64,000 nt of DNA. Source: an uncultured Candidatus Peribacteria bacterium. Lineage in GTDB: Bacteria > Patescibacteriota > Gracilibacteria > UBA1369. How positions within the stretch are numbered: position 1 is the first letter of the stretch; every line of letters starts with the position of its first letter. The DNA lies in the NCBI GenBank assembly GCA_964424075.1, contig CAYRGY010000003.1, forward strand, positions 42,985 through 106,984, given 5' to 3'. Below are positions 18,962 through 27,136 of this stretch, in pieces. The notes below the pieces were generated by a model. The model was not told the origin of the DNA. It saw only the letters and a program-made list of their open reading frames with translations, and ran no database searches. A program made the position numbers and the translations under genes.

Positions 18962-19543
18962 ATGTCTCAATCATCAAAAATTGCCCTCCTCAAAGAGATA
19001 CTGGAAAGCGCAGAAGCCTCAATTCGCTCAGCTAAAAACATGCTTAATGAATTGATCAGCGGAAAAGATTCAGGGCCGACCAAAATGGAACAAATGGCCG
19101 AGAAAGTCGGCACACATACAAACACTGGTAAACAGCATATAATCGAAGGTGTCTTTGATGGTCAAAATATGGTCGGACCGGATAAAAAGGTTTATTCTGT
19201 CCCGGCTAACTACGCTTCCAAATCCAAGCTAATTCAAGGCGACGTCCTAAAACTAACCATCACTGAAGACGGCACCTTTCTTTATAAACAAATCGGACCT
19301 GTACAAAGACAAAAAATTGTTGGTGTCCTCACCTATGACGATGGTCAGTATCGTGTAATTGCCAAAGGAAAATCCTTTAAAGTCCTGCTGGCCTCAGTCA
19401 CATACTTTAAAGCTGAAATTGGCGATAGAGTGACAATCATTGTGCCTGAACTGGAAGAAAGTGAATGGGCGGCTATTGAAAATGTGCTTCCCAAGGTAGA
19501 TGGAGATGAAGAATTTCCAGAGGATGAGTTTAGCGAAAGCTAA
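18962..19543 (+). CDS. hypothetical protein (N-terminal helix plus two beta-rich modules), first gene of the pilT operon
   Basis: 193-aa ORF with no recognised family. It has repeated GD-x-(L/V)-x-(L/I) beta-strand motifs (GDVLKLTITEDG and GDRVTIIVPE) and an acidic C-terminus. Confidence 0.6.
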   Translation: MSQSSKIALLKEILESAEASIRSAKNMLNELISGKDSGPTKMEQMAEKVGTHTNTGKQHIIEGVFDGQNMVGPDKKVYSVPANYASKSKLIQGDVLKLTITEDGTFLYKQIGPVQRQKIVGVLTYDDGQYRVIAKGKSFKVLLASVTYFKAEIGDRVTIIVPELEESEWAAIENVLPKVDGDEEFPEDEFSES

Positions 19544-19588
19544 AAATATTCTCCTCAAATCAAAAATCAAAAAATAAAAAACAAAACA

Positions 19589-20641
19589 ATGGCTCAACTA
19601 GATAAAATCTTCCGCACTGCGGTTCAATATAAAGCGTCGGATGTATACATAACCACCGGCTCCAAACCAATTCTTCGTATTAATGGTGACTTAGTCGCTA
19701 TTGAAGAACATGAAATTCTCAACAAAAAAGTAGCTGAAGACTATATTTTGGAAATTCTCAATGACCATCAAAAAGAAGAATTTGCCAATAAGCTGGAACT
19801 AGACATTTCCTACGAATCATCCGGCATCGCCCGATTTCGTGTCAATATCTTCGTTCAACGTAAAGGAATTGCAGCAGCATTCCGTGTTATCCCCGAACAA
19901 GTTATCACTCTTGATGAACTGGGCCTTCCCGAACAGCTCAAAAGAATTTGTAAACAAGCAAATGGACTTGTTCTAGTCACAGGTTCCACCGGTTCAGGTA
20001 AATCAACCACAATGGCAGCCATGATCAACGAAGTAAACGAGAATTCCGCCGAACACATCATTACCATTGAAGATCCGATTGAGTACATTCATGAAAATAA
20101 AAAATCAATAATTGAACAACGTGAAGTTGGATCCCACACACTTGGCTTCACTCCGGCACTACGTTCAGCACTTCGTGAAGACCCGGACGTCATTCTGGTC
20201 GGTGAAATGCGTGACCTGGAAACTATTCAACTTGCCTTAACAGCAGCTGAAACAGGACATTTAGTCTTTGGAACATTGCATACCAACGGCGCAGCCAAAT
20301 CCATCGACCGTATCATTGATGCTTTTCCAACTAATCAGCAAAACCAAATCCGTATGCAGCTTTCTGAAAGTCTCCAAGCTGTCGTATGGCAAACTTTGAT
20401 GAAAACCAAAGATAAAGGAGGTCGTGTCGCCGCTCTGGAAATCATGCTTAATAACAACGCTGTAGCCAATATGATTCGTAAAAACAAAACTCATCAACTC
20501 GGATCAGCAATTGAAACAGGTTATCGTGAAGGCATGCAAACCATGAAACGCTCCATTACTGACTTACTTGAAGCTGGCATCATCGACGAAGAAACCGCGC
20601 TCGCTCATATCCCTGAAGAAATCGAAAATGTTGTGGAATAA
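19589..20641 (+). CDS. pilT: type IV pilus retraction ATPase PilT
   Basis: 350-aa ORF with Walker A (GSTGSGKSTT), the Asp/His boxes, and the C-terminal PilT-specific motif AVANMIRKNKTHQL followed by GMQTM. Confidence 0.9.
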   Translation: MAQLDKIFRTAVQYKASDVYITTGSKPILRINGDLVAIEEHEILNKKVAEDYILEILNDHQKEEFANKLELDISYESSGIARFRVNIFVQRKGIAAAFRVIPEQVITLDELGLPEQLKRICKQANGLVLVTGSTGSGKSTTMAAMINEVNENSAEHIITIEDPIEYIHENKKSIIEQREVGSHTLGFTPALRSALREDPDVILVGEMRDLETIQLALTAAETGHLVFGTLHTNGAAKSIDRIIDAFPTNQQNQIRMQLSESLQAVVWQTLMKTKDKGGRVAALEIMLNNNAVANMIRKNKTHQLGSAIETGYREGMQTMKRSITDLLEAGIIDEETALAHIPEEIENVVE

Positions 20642-21209
20642 ACTAAAACGAGGGGTTGGTGTTTTGCTAGTATTACTAACAATTTTTAGTGTTTCAGATA
20701 TCGTTTTGGCACAAAAGGGAGAGCGGTCATTACAAGATGAACTTGCTACCTATAAATCTGACGATACTGGACAATCCCCAGAAAAAATCGAAAATGACCT
20801 TGAATCCCAAGGAGGAATTGATGAAATGTTGGAAACAGCGGAAAGCGAAGCCGCAGCATTAAGTTCAGCCTCTATTAATGAAGTTGAAAGCTACGAGTCT
20901 ACAAAATTTCCTGTTAATCCACTTCTAAACTACTCGGGGTCGCAAGGTACTCAAAAATCCGAATACTTAGAAGAAAATAAAAATCCCATCGGCGCATTTG
21001 TAGTCCAGATAATCAACTTTTTGACACTTACTTCAGCATCACTCAGTTTCTTAATTGTCATTATAGGCGGCTTCATGATTATGACAGCTACAGGTAATGA
21101 AACTCAAATGAACAAGGGAAAAGAGGTTGTAATGTATGCAATCATTGGCCTCGTAATCAGTCTTTCTGCATTTTTCATAGTTGCCTTCGTTCAAAGCCTC
21201 TTTTTCTAA
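20628..21209 (+). CDS. VirB2/TrbC-like (T4SS-pilin-type) membrane protein, paralog 1
   Basis: The preferred start is the ATG at 20628 (MLWNKLKRGVGVLLVLL signal peptide). The ORF track's start at 20568 would overlap pilT by 74 nt. The C-terminus is a two-helix hairpin (IIGGFMIMTATGNETQMNKGKEVVMYAIIGLVISL). It overlaps the pilT stop by 14 nt. Confidence 0.65.
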   Translation: MLWNKLKRGVGVLLVLLTIFSVSDIVLAQKGERSLQDELATYKSDDTGQSPEKIENDLESQGGIDEMLETAESEAAALSSASINEVESYESTKFPVNPLLNYSGSQGTQKSEYLEENKNPIGAFVVQIINFLTLTSASLSFLIVIIGGFMIMTATGNETQMNKGKEVVMYAIIGLVISLSAFFIVAFVQSLFF

Positions 21210-21210
21210 T

Positions 21211-21909
21211 ATGTTTTTAAAAAGACTTCTACAATTTGTATTAATAACAATAGCTCTAAGCATTATACCTCAATCTGTGAATGCTCAAGATGGGGTTATT
21301 TCTTGCATTCTTCTGAATAACCAAGACTTTGCCGCCGTAGGTTTAGAAGACGTCAAAGAAGAATTGGAAAAAAAATTGATAGTAATAACAGAGGAGGCGA
21401 TCGGCCCTGAAATTAACGATTTTAGTAAGCGTTGTGCAAGAAACATTACTTGTGTGCAGTATAAGAAAAGATCACCTGGTGATGGGGGTCAAAACACCAA
21501 CACTCCATCAGAAATAAAAAAAACTTGCTATACTGAATATGCTGAAACCTGCCCAGCTACAACCAGTCTCACACAAGATCGTATTAATAATCTTGGAACA
21601 GATTATGATTTACAGGGCGAGCCTACAGTCACTTGCGAATTTGTAACAGCTTATGTTGCCAACTCTGGTGCCGATCTTCTCTACCGATTTATCGGCCTAA
21701 TTTACCAATACATGGCCATACTAAGTGGTGTAATTGGCACTTTCACCTTGGTTTTGGGTGGCGTTATGATCACAACAGCCGGTAGCAGCACCGAGCAAGT
21801 CAATAAAGCCCGCGATCTGATCACCAGGTCACTAATTGGATTAACAGTACTGCTTTTATCAGCGCTTATTCTATACGCCATTAATCCTAACTTTTTCATC
21901 ATCACCTAA
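21211..21909 (+). CDS. VirB2/TrbC-like membrane protein, paralog 2 (Cys-rich ectodomain)
   Basis: ATG at 21211, 1 nt after the paralog 1 stop. It has a signal peptide ending VNAQ, 8 Cys in the middle region, and the C-terminal hairpin VLGGVMITTAGSSTEQVNKARDLITRSLIGLTVLL. Confidence 0.65.
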   Translation: MFLKRLLQFVLITIALSIIPQSVNAQDGVISCILLNNQDFAAVGLEDVKEELEKKLIVITEEAIGPEINDFSKRCARNITCVQYKKRSPGDGGQNTNTPSEIKKTCYTEYAETCPATTSLTQDRINNLGTDYDLQGEPTVTCEFVTAYVANSGADLLYRFIGLIYQYMAILSGVIGTFTLVLGGVMITTAGSSTEQVNKARDLITRSLIGLTVLLLSALILYAINPNFFIIT

Positions 21910-21910
21910 A

Positions 21911-22348
21911 ATGAAAAAAATTATCTTCACCATCATTGTCATTTCACTGCTTGCCCAATCATTTATTGAAGATACTGACATAGTCAGAATTGCAACATCA
22001 GGGACTGCTGCTGCAGCTCAACTTGCTCAAGCAGAAGGTGTAACCGTCACCCGCCCTCCGATTTATTCCGAAAAATATGGTGACTTGAAATTACCTTACA
22101 GCGAAACTGCCAGTGGCGAATATCTTCAACAAAGCCTACTCCCCAACATCACTAGCATTATAGTCAGTGTCACCGGTGGCATCTCACTAGTATTTGTTAT
22201 TATCGGGGGCATCATGTTGCTAACATCTTACGGGGATCCAGACAAAGCAAAAAAAGGGCAAGCAACCGTCATGTACGCTTTGGTTGGGATTGTGCTTTCT
22301 GTGCTTTCCTATGCAATTGTTGCTATAATTTCATCTATCAATGTTTAA
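21911..22348 (+). CDS. VirB2/TrbC-like membrane protein, paralog 3
   Basis: 145-aa ORF with a signal peptide and the hairpin IIGGIMLLTSYGDPDKAKKGQATVMYALVGIVLSV. There is a 1-nt gap after paralog 2. Confidence 0.7.
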   Translation: MKKIIFTIIVISLLAQSFIEDTDIVRIATSGTAAAAQLAQAEGVTVTRPPIYSEKYGDLKLPYSETASGEYLQQSLLPNITSIIVSVTGGISLVFVIIGGIMLLTSYGDPDKAKKGQATVMYALVGIVLSVLSYAIVAIISSINV

Positions 22349-22787
22349 GAAAATTATAAAACTAGCTCTGCTGATATCACTGACTTTTACACTTTTCATT
22401 CCATTAGCCTTAGCTGAGAACGGAGATGAGCCCTCAACTAAAACCACAGTCTCATCTCAAGAACTTTTTGACCGCTTTCAAACGAAAGATGGTACTGCAC
22501 CACCCAAAACAGCTGCTGTTGCTGCCCTTCCTAATTCATCTTGGCAAGCAACACTAGCTAGTATAGTAGTCATGTTGCTCAACATTACCGGCGCTTTGGC
22601 ACTGATTTCTTTTACTGTCGGTGGTGTAATGATGGTAGTGGGAGGTCAAAATCCGGACATGCTGGAAAAAGGTAAAAAAATTGTCATGTATTCACTGATC
22701 GGCCTGGTGATTATTGCTGCATCTTATGCTATCGTGCTTGGAGTTTCTCAACTTGAATTCTTTACTACTTCAGTACCAAATGAATAA
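22341..22787 (+). CDS. VirB2/TrbC-like membrane protein, paralog 4
   Basis: 148-aa ORF with a signal peptide ending LALA and the hairpin TVGGVMMVVGGQNPDMLEKGKKIVMYSLIGLVIIA. It overlaps paralog 3 by 8 nt. Confidence 0.7.
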   Translation: MFKKIIKLALLISLTFTLFIPLALAENGDEPSTKTTVSSQELFDRFQTKDGTAPPKTAAVAALPNSSWQATLASIVVMLLNITGALALISFTVGGVMMVVGGQNPDMLEKGKKIVMYSLIGLVIIAASYAIVLGVSQLEFFTTSVPNE

Positions 22788-23217
22788 ACTAAAAACCATC
22801 ATCCTATCTGCATTCCTGCTTCTAATTCCACTCAGCTGTTTTGCCCAAATCGAATTGGATAATAAATTTAAACCTGATTATGCACCGACAGTGCTTATTT
22901 CCGATAAAACAAAAGATAATCCGGCCAATTTTGGTACTGCTGTTTTGCAAACCATCGCTGGGGGTCTGCTATATCTCGCCGCTCCTGTAGCTGTTATCAT
23001 AATCGCCATTGCCGGCCTGATTTACACTGTTTCCCACGGTGATCAAGCCATGATGGATAAAGCTAAAAACACTCTCTTTCGAGCAATTATGGGGCTTTTG
23101 ATTATCATCTTCTCCTGGATCATTATCCGCGCTGTAGTCGACCTAATGTTGGCCACCGACACCGGCGATGCCACTCCACCTGCGGCCGAAGAACAAGCTA
23201 CTGGAGATGGTGGTTAA
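22780..23217 (+). CDS. VirB2/TrbC-like membrane protein, paralog 5 (divergent)
   Basis: The preferred start is the ATG at 22780 (MNKLKTIILSAFLLLIPLSCFAQ); the track start is 22714. It has the hairpin IAIAGLIYTVSHGDQAMMDKAKNTLFRAIMGLLIII and an acidic, Pro-rich tail. It overlaps paralog 4 by 8 nt. Confidence 0.6.
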   Translation: MNKLKTIILSAFLLLIPLSCFAQIELDNKFKPDYAPTVLISDKTKDNPANFGTAVLQTIAGGLLYLAAPVAVIIIAIAGLIYTVSHGDQAMMDKAKNTLFRAIMGLLIIIFSWIIIRAVVDLMLATDTGDATPPAAEEQATGDGG

Positions 23218-23234
23218 CCAGTCATACTTAGCGA

Positions 23235-24716
23235 CTAACTTTCAATCCTGGGAAACAAAATTTCCGGTTTCAGCACTTCACCGCCTTCTTGAAGTCCTCC
23301 CCAATTCAAATTATTCCATTCCTCCTCAACATTAAGCGCTTTAAGCATCTTTCCAGCTGAATCCGGAATCACCGGTAATAGCATCAAAGCCAAATGGCGA
23401 ATCACTTCCAACAAATTATATAGCACTGCCTTCAGCGCTTCCTGATCAGTTTTCGCCAATTCCCAAGGCTTCTTATCTTCAATATACTTGTTAGCTCCAC
23501 AACCTAAATCAATCACAATTTCCATCGCCTTTTTAAAATTAAAATCCTCAAAAGCCTGATGATAGTTTTTCCAACCGTTTTCAATCGCTACTTGCCAACC
23601 ATCATCTTCACCAGGCGCAGAAACTTTTCCCTCAAAATATTTAGCGGTCATGCACGCAACCCGACTAATCAAATTACCGAAAATATTGGCCAACTCTTCA
23701 GTATAAACTATATCAAATCTAGATTGGCTAAAATCTCCATCTCCCAAAGTCGGTATTTCACTAATTAAAAAGAAACGCAGCGCATCCTTCCCATATTTCT
23801 GTATATAGAAAAACGGGTCCTTTACATTACCCAGCGACTTACTCATTTTCTGCCCTTCGGAAGATATAAAACCATGAACCATAATCGTCTTTGGCAACTC
23901 ATATCCTGCCGAAAGCAACATCCCAATCCAATAAATCGCATGAAATTTATGAATATCCTTACCAATCACATGCACATCTGCCGGCCAATAACGATCTCGA
24001 TCCACACCTGACATATAATTTGGCAGTGCATCTACCCAGACATACATCAATTGATCTTCATGCCCGGGCACAGGCACACCCCATTTATAACTCTCTTTAG
24101 AACGTGAAACACTAATATCCTCAATATCTTTAAGCATATTCAAAACCTCTTTTTTTCGAAATTCCGGCACCACCTTAACAGTGTCAGATTGAATCAAATC
24201 ACGAATTTGCTCCCTATATTTCTTCAGTTTAAAAAAGAAGTTCTTCTCGGAGACCTCTTCCGGTTCCCGATTAGGATGAATAGGACACTTACCGTCAATC
24301 AATTCCTTTTTGGTAACAAATTTCTCACATCCAACACAATACAGGCCTTTATATTCAGCCTCATACAAGTCTTCTTTATGTTTCAAGCGATCCCATAAAA
24401 CTCGCACAAATTCCTCATGCTTATCGCTAGTCGTTCTAATAAAATCATCATTGCTCGCTCCGATTTCAGTGGCAAAACGCTCAAACTCAGCCGCATTCTT
24501 GTCACAAAGCTCCTGCGGTGTTAACCCTTGTTCATCTGCAGCTTCGGCAATTTTCACGCCATGCTCATCAGTTCCAGTTAAAAAAAAGGTATTATCCCCA
24601 TTCAAGCGATGATAGCGCGCCAGAACATCCCCCTGTAACATTTCCATCGCAAATCCCACATGCGGTACTGAGTTTACGTATGGTATCGAAGTTGTAACGT
24701 AGAATTTTTTAGACAT
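23235..24716 (-). CDS. metG: methionyl-tRNA synthetase
   Basis: 493-aa ORF with the class I motifs PHVGFA (HIGH-like) and KMSKSLGN, and a CxxC...CP zinc knuckle. Confidence 0.95.
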   Translation of the reverse strand: MSKKFYVTTSIPYVNSVPHVGFAMEMLQGDVLARYHRLNGDNTFFLTGTDEHGVKIAEAADEQGLTPQELCDKNAAEFERFATEIGASNDDFIRTTSDKHEEFVRVLWDRLKHKEDLYEAEYKGLYCVGCEKFVTKKELIDGKCPIHPNREPEEVSEKNFFFKLKKYREQIRDLIQSDTVKVVPEFRKKEVLNMLKDIEDISVSRSKESYKWGVPVPGHEDQLMYVWVDALPNYMSGVDRDRYWPADVHVIGKDIHKFHAIYWIGMLLSAGYELPKTIMVHGFISSEGQKMSKSLGNVKDPFFYIQKYGKDALRFFLISEIPTLGDGDFSQSRFDIVYTEELANIFGNLISRVACMTAKYFEGKVSAPGEDDGWQVAIENGWKNYHQAFEDFNFKKAMEIVIDLGCGANKYIEDKKPWELAKTDQEALKAVLYNLLEVIRHLALMLLPVIPDSAGKMLKALNVEEEWNNLNWGGLQEGGEVLKPEILFPRIES

Positions 24717-24742
24717 GAAAAAAGTTAGGAAGTTGCTTGTCC

Positions 24743-24771
24743 AATTTAGGCTTTTGGTTAATCTAAGTCAA
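24743..24771 (-). promoter_or_regulatory. sigma70-type promoter for metG
   Basis: On the minus strand: TTGACT, an exact 17-nt spacer, then TAAATT, about 27 nt upstream of the metG ATG. Confidence 0.45.
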
Positions 24772-25151
24772 TATCAGACTGCTTAAGTCTGACATTACGA
24801 CAAATAAATATCGTTTTCTAGATTATCCTATCAATTGCTCCTTTTTAGATCTGCCCTCAATTCATCCCCTAAACTTTTATCTTTTATTGCCTCAACATAT
24901 TCAAATTTAAAACTAATTAAACGTCATAAATACCACCTTCAGCGTAAACTCCGCGATGATAACGAACCAAAAAAACTGAAAAACTGACACATTTTGCAAA
25001 TTCTACTTCCGATTGTATTTCCGGCCTTTTCATACTGATTTTTAGAAAGAGCACGATGATTTAGAGTCACCGTGCTCGCTTAAGTACTTTATCCTTGTGG
25101 AGGTGGGTTGGCGAAACAACCGATCAGACATCATGCTCGGGCATGTGAGCG

Positions 25152-25198
25152 AAAATAAAACGACAGTGAGTCAACTAGCGCTGCACCAACTCACGTCA
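25152..25198 (-). terminator. probable Rho-independent terminator of the pilus operon
   Basis: On the minus strand: a GACGUGAGU...ACUCAC(U)GUC stem (9 bp with one bulge and a 17-nt loop) followed by GUUUUAUUUU. It starts about 25 nt after the stop of the 412-aa gene. Confidence 0.5.
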
Positions 25199-25221
25199 CA
25201 AGCTGCCGACATCACCAACTG

Positions 25222-26460
25222 TTACCCACTCTTAGTCTTATACAGAGAAAAATTGAAAACCGGCAAAAAGCTCGGCGCCTTATACTTCACATCCAAACTC
25301 TTCACCACCTGCCCGCCCCGCGCATTACCATTCGCCTTAATCTCCGCAAAATCCTTCACCATATCTTCTTTCGCAATCACCCGATAATAAATATCCGCAT
25401 TCCTCAACTTAAACGGCTGCCGCAGCGGGTCCTGAATGCCCACCAACTGCGGATTGACCATATTGGTCAGGACGAGATAATTGTTATTGTGAGAGCTCAT
25501 AAACGTTGCCATAGAACACTCAAATCCAGGTCCGTTCTCTTCAATGCCTTTAATCTCAACTCCCCCCGTCACCACTTTACCCGCATCAGCCATATAACAC
25601 TCTCTAGCCCCGGAAACTGTTGGATTTGCTCCATTTTCATTTATTTTTATAGCCGGTGCTGTACATCTCCCCAGTTCAAGAGGTTCCTTTTTAAGTCCTA
25701 CATCTGAACCAATACAGAATGGATTTAATTCATCCGCTCTCTCTGATACAGGGTAAAAATCCGATATCGACTCGGTTTTTCCATTATCGCCTTCTGGATT
25801 ACCATAGAGTTTCCATCTTAGAATATCAAAATCAGAAACTTTCAAGTTGCTTAACAAACTGGAATCCTCCAATTCTAACTTATTTTTAAAATAGGGTACA
25901 AAATACTGCACATTAAAATCATTCACATCAACTACCTCCCCATTCTTTCCATAACTATGCAAAGTGATAATATGCGTTTCACTCAGTCCCAAACGCCGAT
26001 AAGTACACTCAGGTCTTTTTCCATACAAGCTTTGCTTTGAATATGGAATAGCAAATGGATCTAGTGCATTGGATATTACACAACGCTCTCCAGCCAATAT
26101 TGATACATAAATAGGCTGATCTTCAGGAAAATACGGGATCATATCAGTTTGATTGGATATGTCGTATTGATAGTCAAATCCCGAATCTTTCAACGACAAT
26201 TCTGAGTAGTAATCAGGCAATTCCGCCCCCTCCTCGTCTTTCGGCTCATACCCGGGAGGATTCATAGACATAGTCAAAAGCGCGTCTTCGACAGCAGCCT
26301 CAGCTGCATAGAAAGCCTTATTGGAATCGACCACCGACTGCGTCAGCGATATTTCCCGAATCACCAAATTGCTGATCCCGACAACAAAAATCATTAACAC
26401 CCCCATCAAAAGCAGTGTCACCAGCAAAGCGGTCCCAGATTGTTTTCCATGTTTAATCAA
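25222..26460 (-). CDS. PilX/GspK-like minor pilin-like protein (large, putative tip subunit)
   Basis: 412-aa ORF. The N-terminus MIKHGKQSGTALLVTLLLMGVLMIFVV lacks Glu5, and ...AFYAAEAAVEDAL is typical of PilX/GspK N-terminal domains. It is the last gene of the pilus operon. Confidence 0.6.
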   Translation of the reverse strand: MIKHGKQSGTALLVTLLLMGVLMIFVVGISNLVIREISLTQSVVDSNKAFYAAEAAVEDALLTMSMNPPGYEPKDEEGAELPDYYSELSLKDSGFDYQYDISNQTDMIPYFPEDQPIYVSILAGERCVISNALDPFAIPYSKQSLYGKRPECTYRRLGLSETHIITLHSYGKNGEVVDVNDFNVQYFVPYFKNKLELEDSSLLSNLKVSDFDILRWKLYGNPEGDNGKTESISDFYPVSERADELNPFCIGSDVGLKKEPLELGRCTAPAIKINENGANPTVSGARECYMADAGKVVTGGVEIKGIEENGPGFECSMATFMSSHNNNYLVLTNMVNPQLVGIQDPLRQPFKLRNADIYYRVIAKEDMVKDFAEIKANGNARGGQVVKSLDVKYKAPSFLPVFNFSLYKTKSG

Positions 26461-27136
26461 AGCTACGCGAGGTTAAAAGTGTTTGAAAATCAATACTGAT
26501 CTGCCGCGGATCATCTTCTTGCAAATCCGCCCTTTGCACCGAAATATTCATCCAGACTGCCGACTGAGTCTGTGTCTCAAACTTATTCAAATCGAATTCT
26601 TTAGTTGGAAACTTCTCAAAACTCAAATCCGTCACTTGCAGTTTTTTAAATTTGTAGGGGATGAAACCATCAGATTTGTTGCTCCATTGACCAGTATCAT
26701 TATCCTGTTCCTCAGCGAATCTCTGGATTTTAACCGCATCATCATACTTTATAATTATGCTTGCTGTCTCATCCTTGGAAACAATCATTAAGTTGTCTGG
26801 CCCTAGAATTTCTAATGAGTCATCACAACGAGTTCGCCAATTAAAATCATTTTCTTTCACTGAAGCATCAGACCAACGACCAGTCTGTAGAACTGCATCT
26901 TTCCAAAAATAACAATCCTGATCCACCTTGCCATTGCGCATCTCGGCATTTACGAAATCCACAAAATCCCTTAGCTCTGAATACATCAAGCGCATTTCAT
27001 TGGCTTCGCGCTGAGCTCGTACAATGGTGACATAGGAATTGGTCGCCACAATCAAGATAATCATAAAAACCATAATCGCCACCAGCAGCTCCAGCAAAGT
27101 AAATCCTTTCTGATTTTTCTTAAAACAATTTTTCAT
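26453..27136 (-). CDS. prepilin-type N-terminal cleavage/methylation domain protein (PilW/GspJ-like minor pilin)
   Basis: 227-aa ORF with the class III signal MKNCFKKNQKG/FTLLELLVAIMVF. Confidence 0.7.
   Translation of the reverse strand: MKNCFKKNQKGFTLLELLVAIMVFMIILIVATNSYVTIVRAQREANEMRLMYSELRDFVDFVNAEMRNGKVDQDCYFWKDAVLQTGRWSDASVKENDFNWRTRCDDSLEILGPDNLMIVSKDETASIIIKYDDAVKIQRFAEEQDNDTGQWSNKSDGFIPYKFKKLQVTDLSFEKFPTKEFDLNKFETQTQSAVWMNISVQRADLQEDDPRQISIDFQTLLTSRSFD

Noticed and set aside
24900-24960. Possible T-box leader upstream of metG (GGTGGTA on the minus strand).
   Set aside because: Only 7 nt match the T-box core. There is no specifier-loop/Stem I architecture or terminator/antiterminator pair. 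A near-consensus promoter sits only ~27 nt from the metG start, which leaves no room for a leader.
25090-25130. A T-arm-like hairpin (GGTTGGCGAAACAACC) next to ...CCACCTCCA on the minus strand, considered as the 3' end of a tRNA or tmRNA.
   Set aside because: The loop is 6 nt and not T-loop-like. No matching acceptor 5' strand or resume-codon/tag region was found. The segment is better explained as spacer downstream of the pilus operon terminator.
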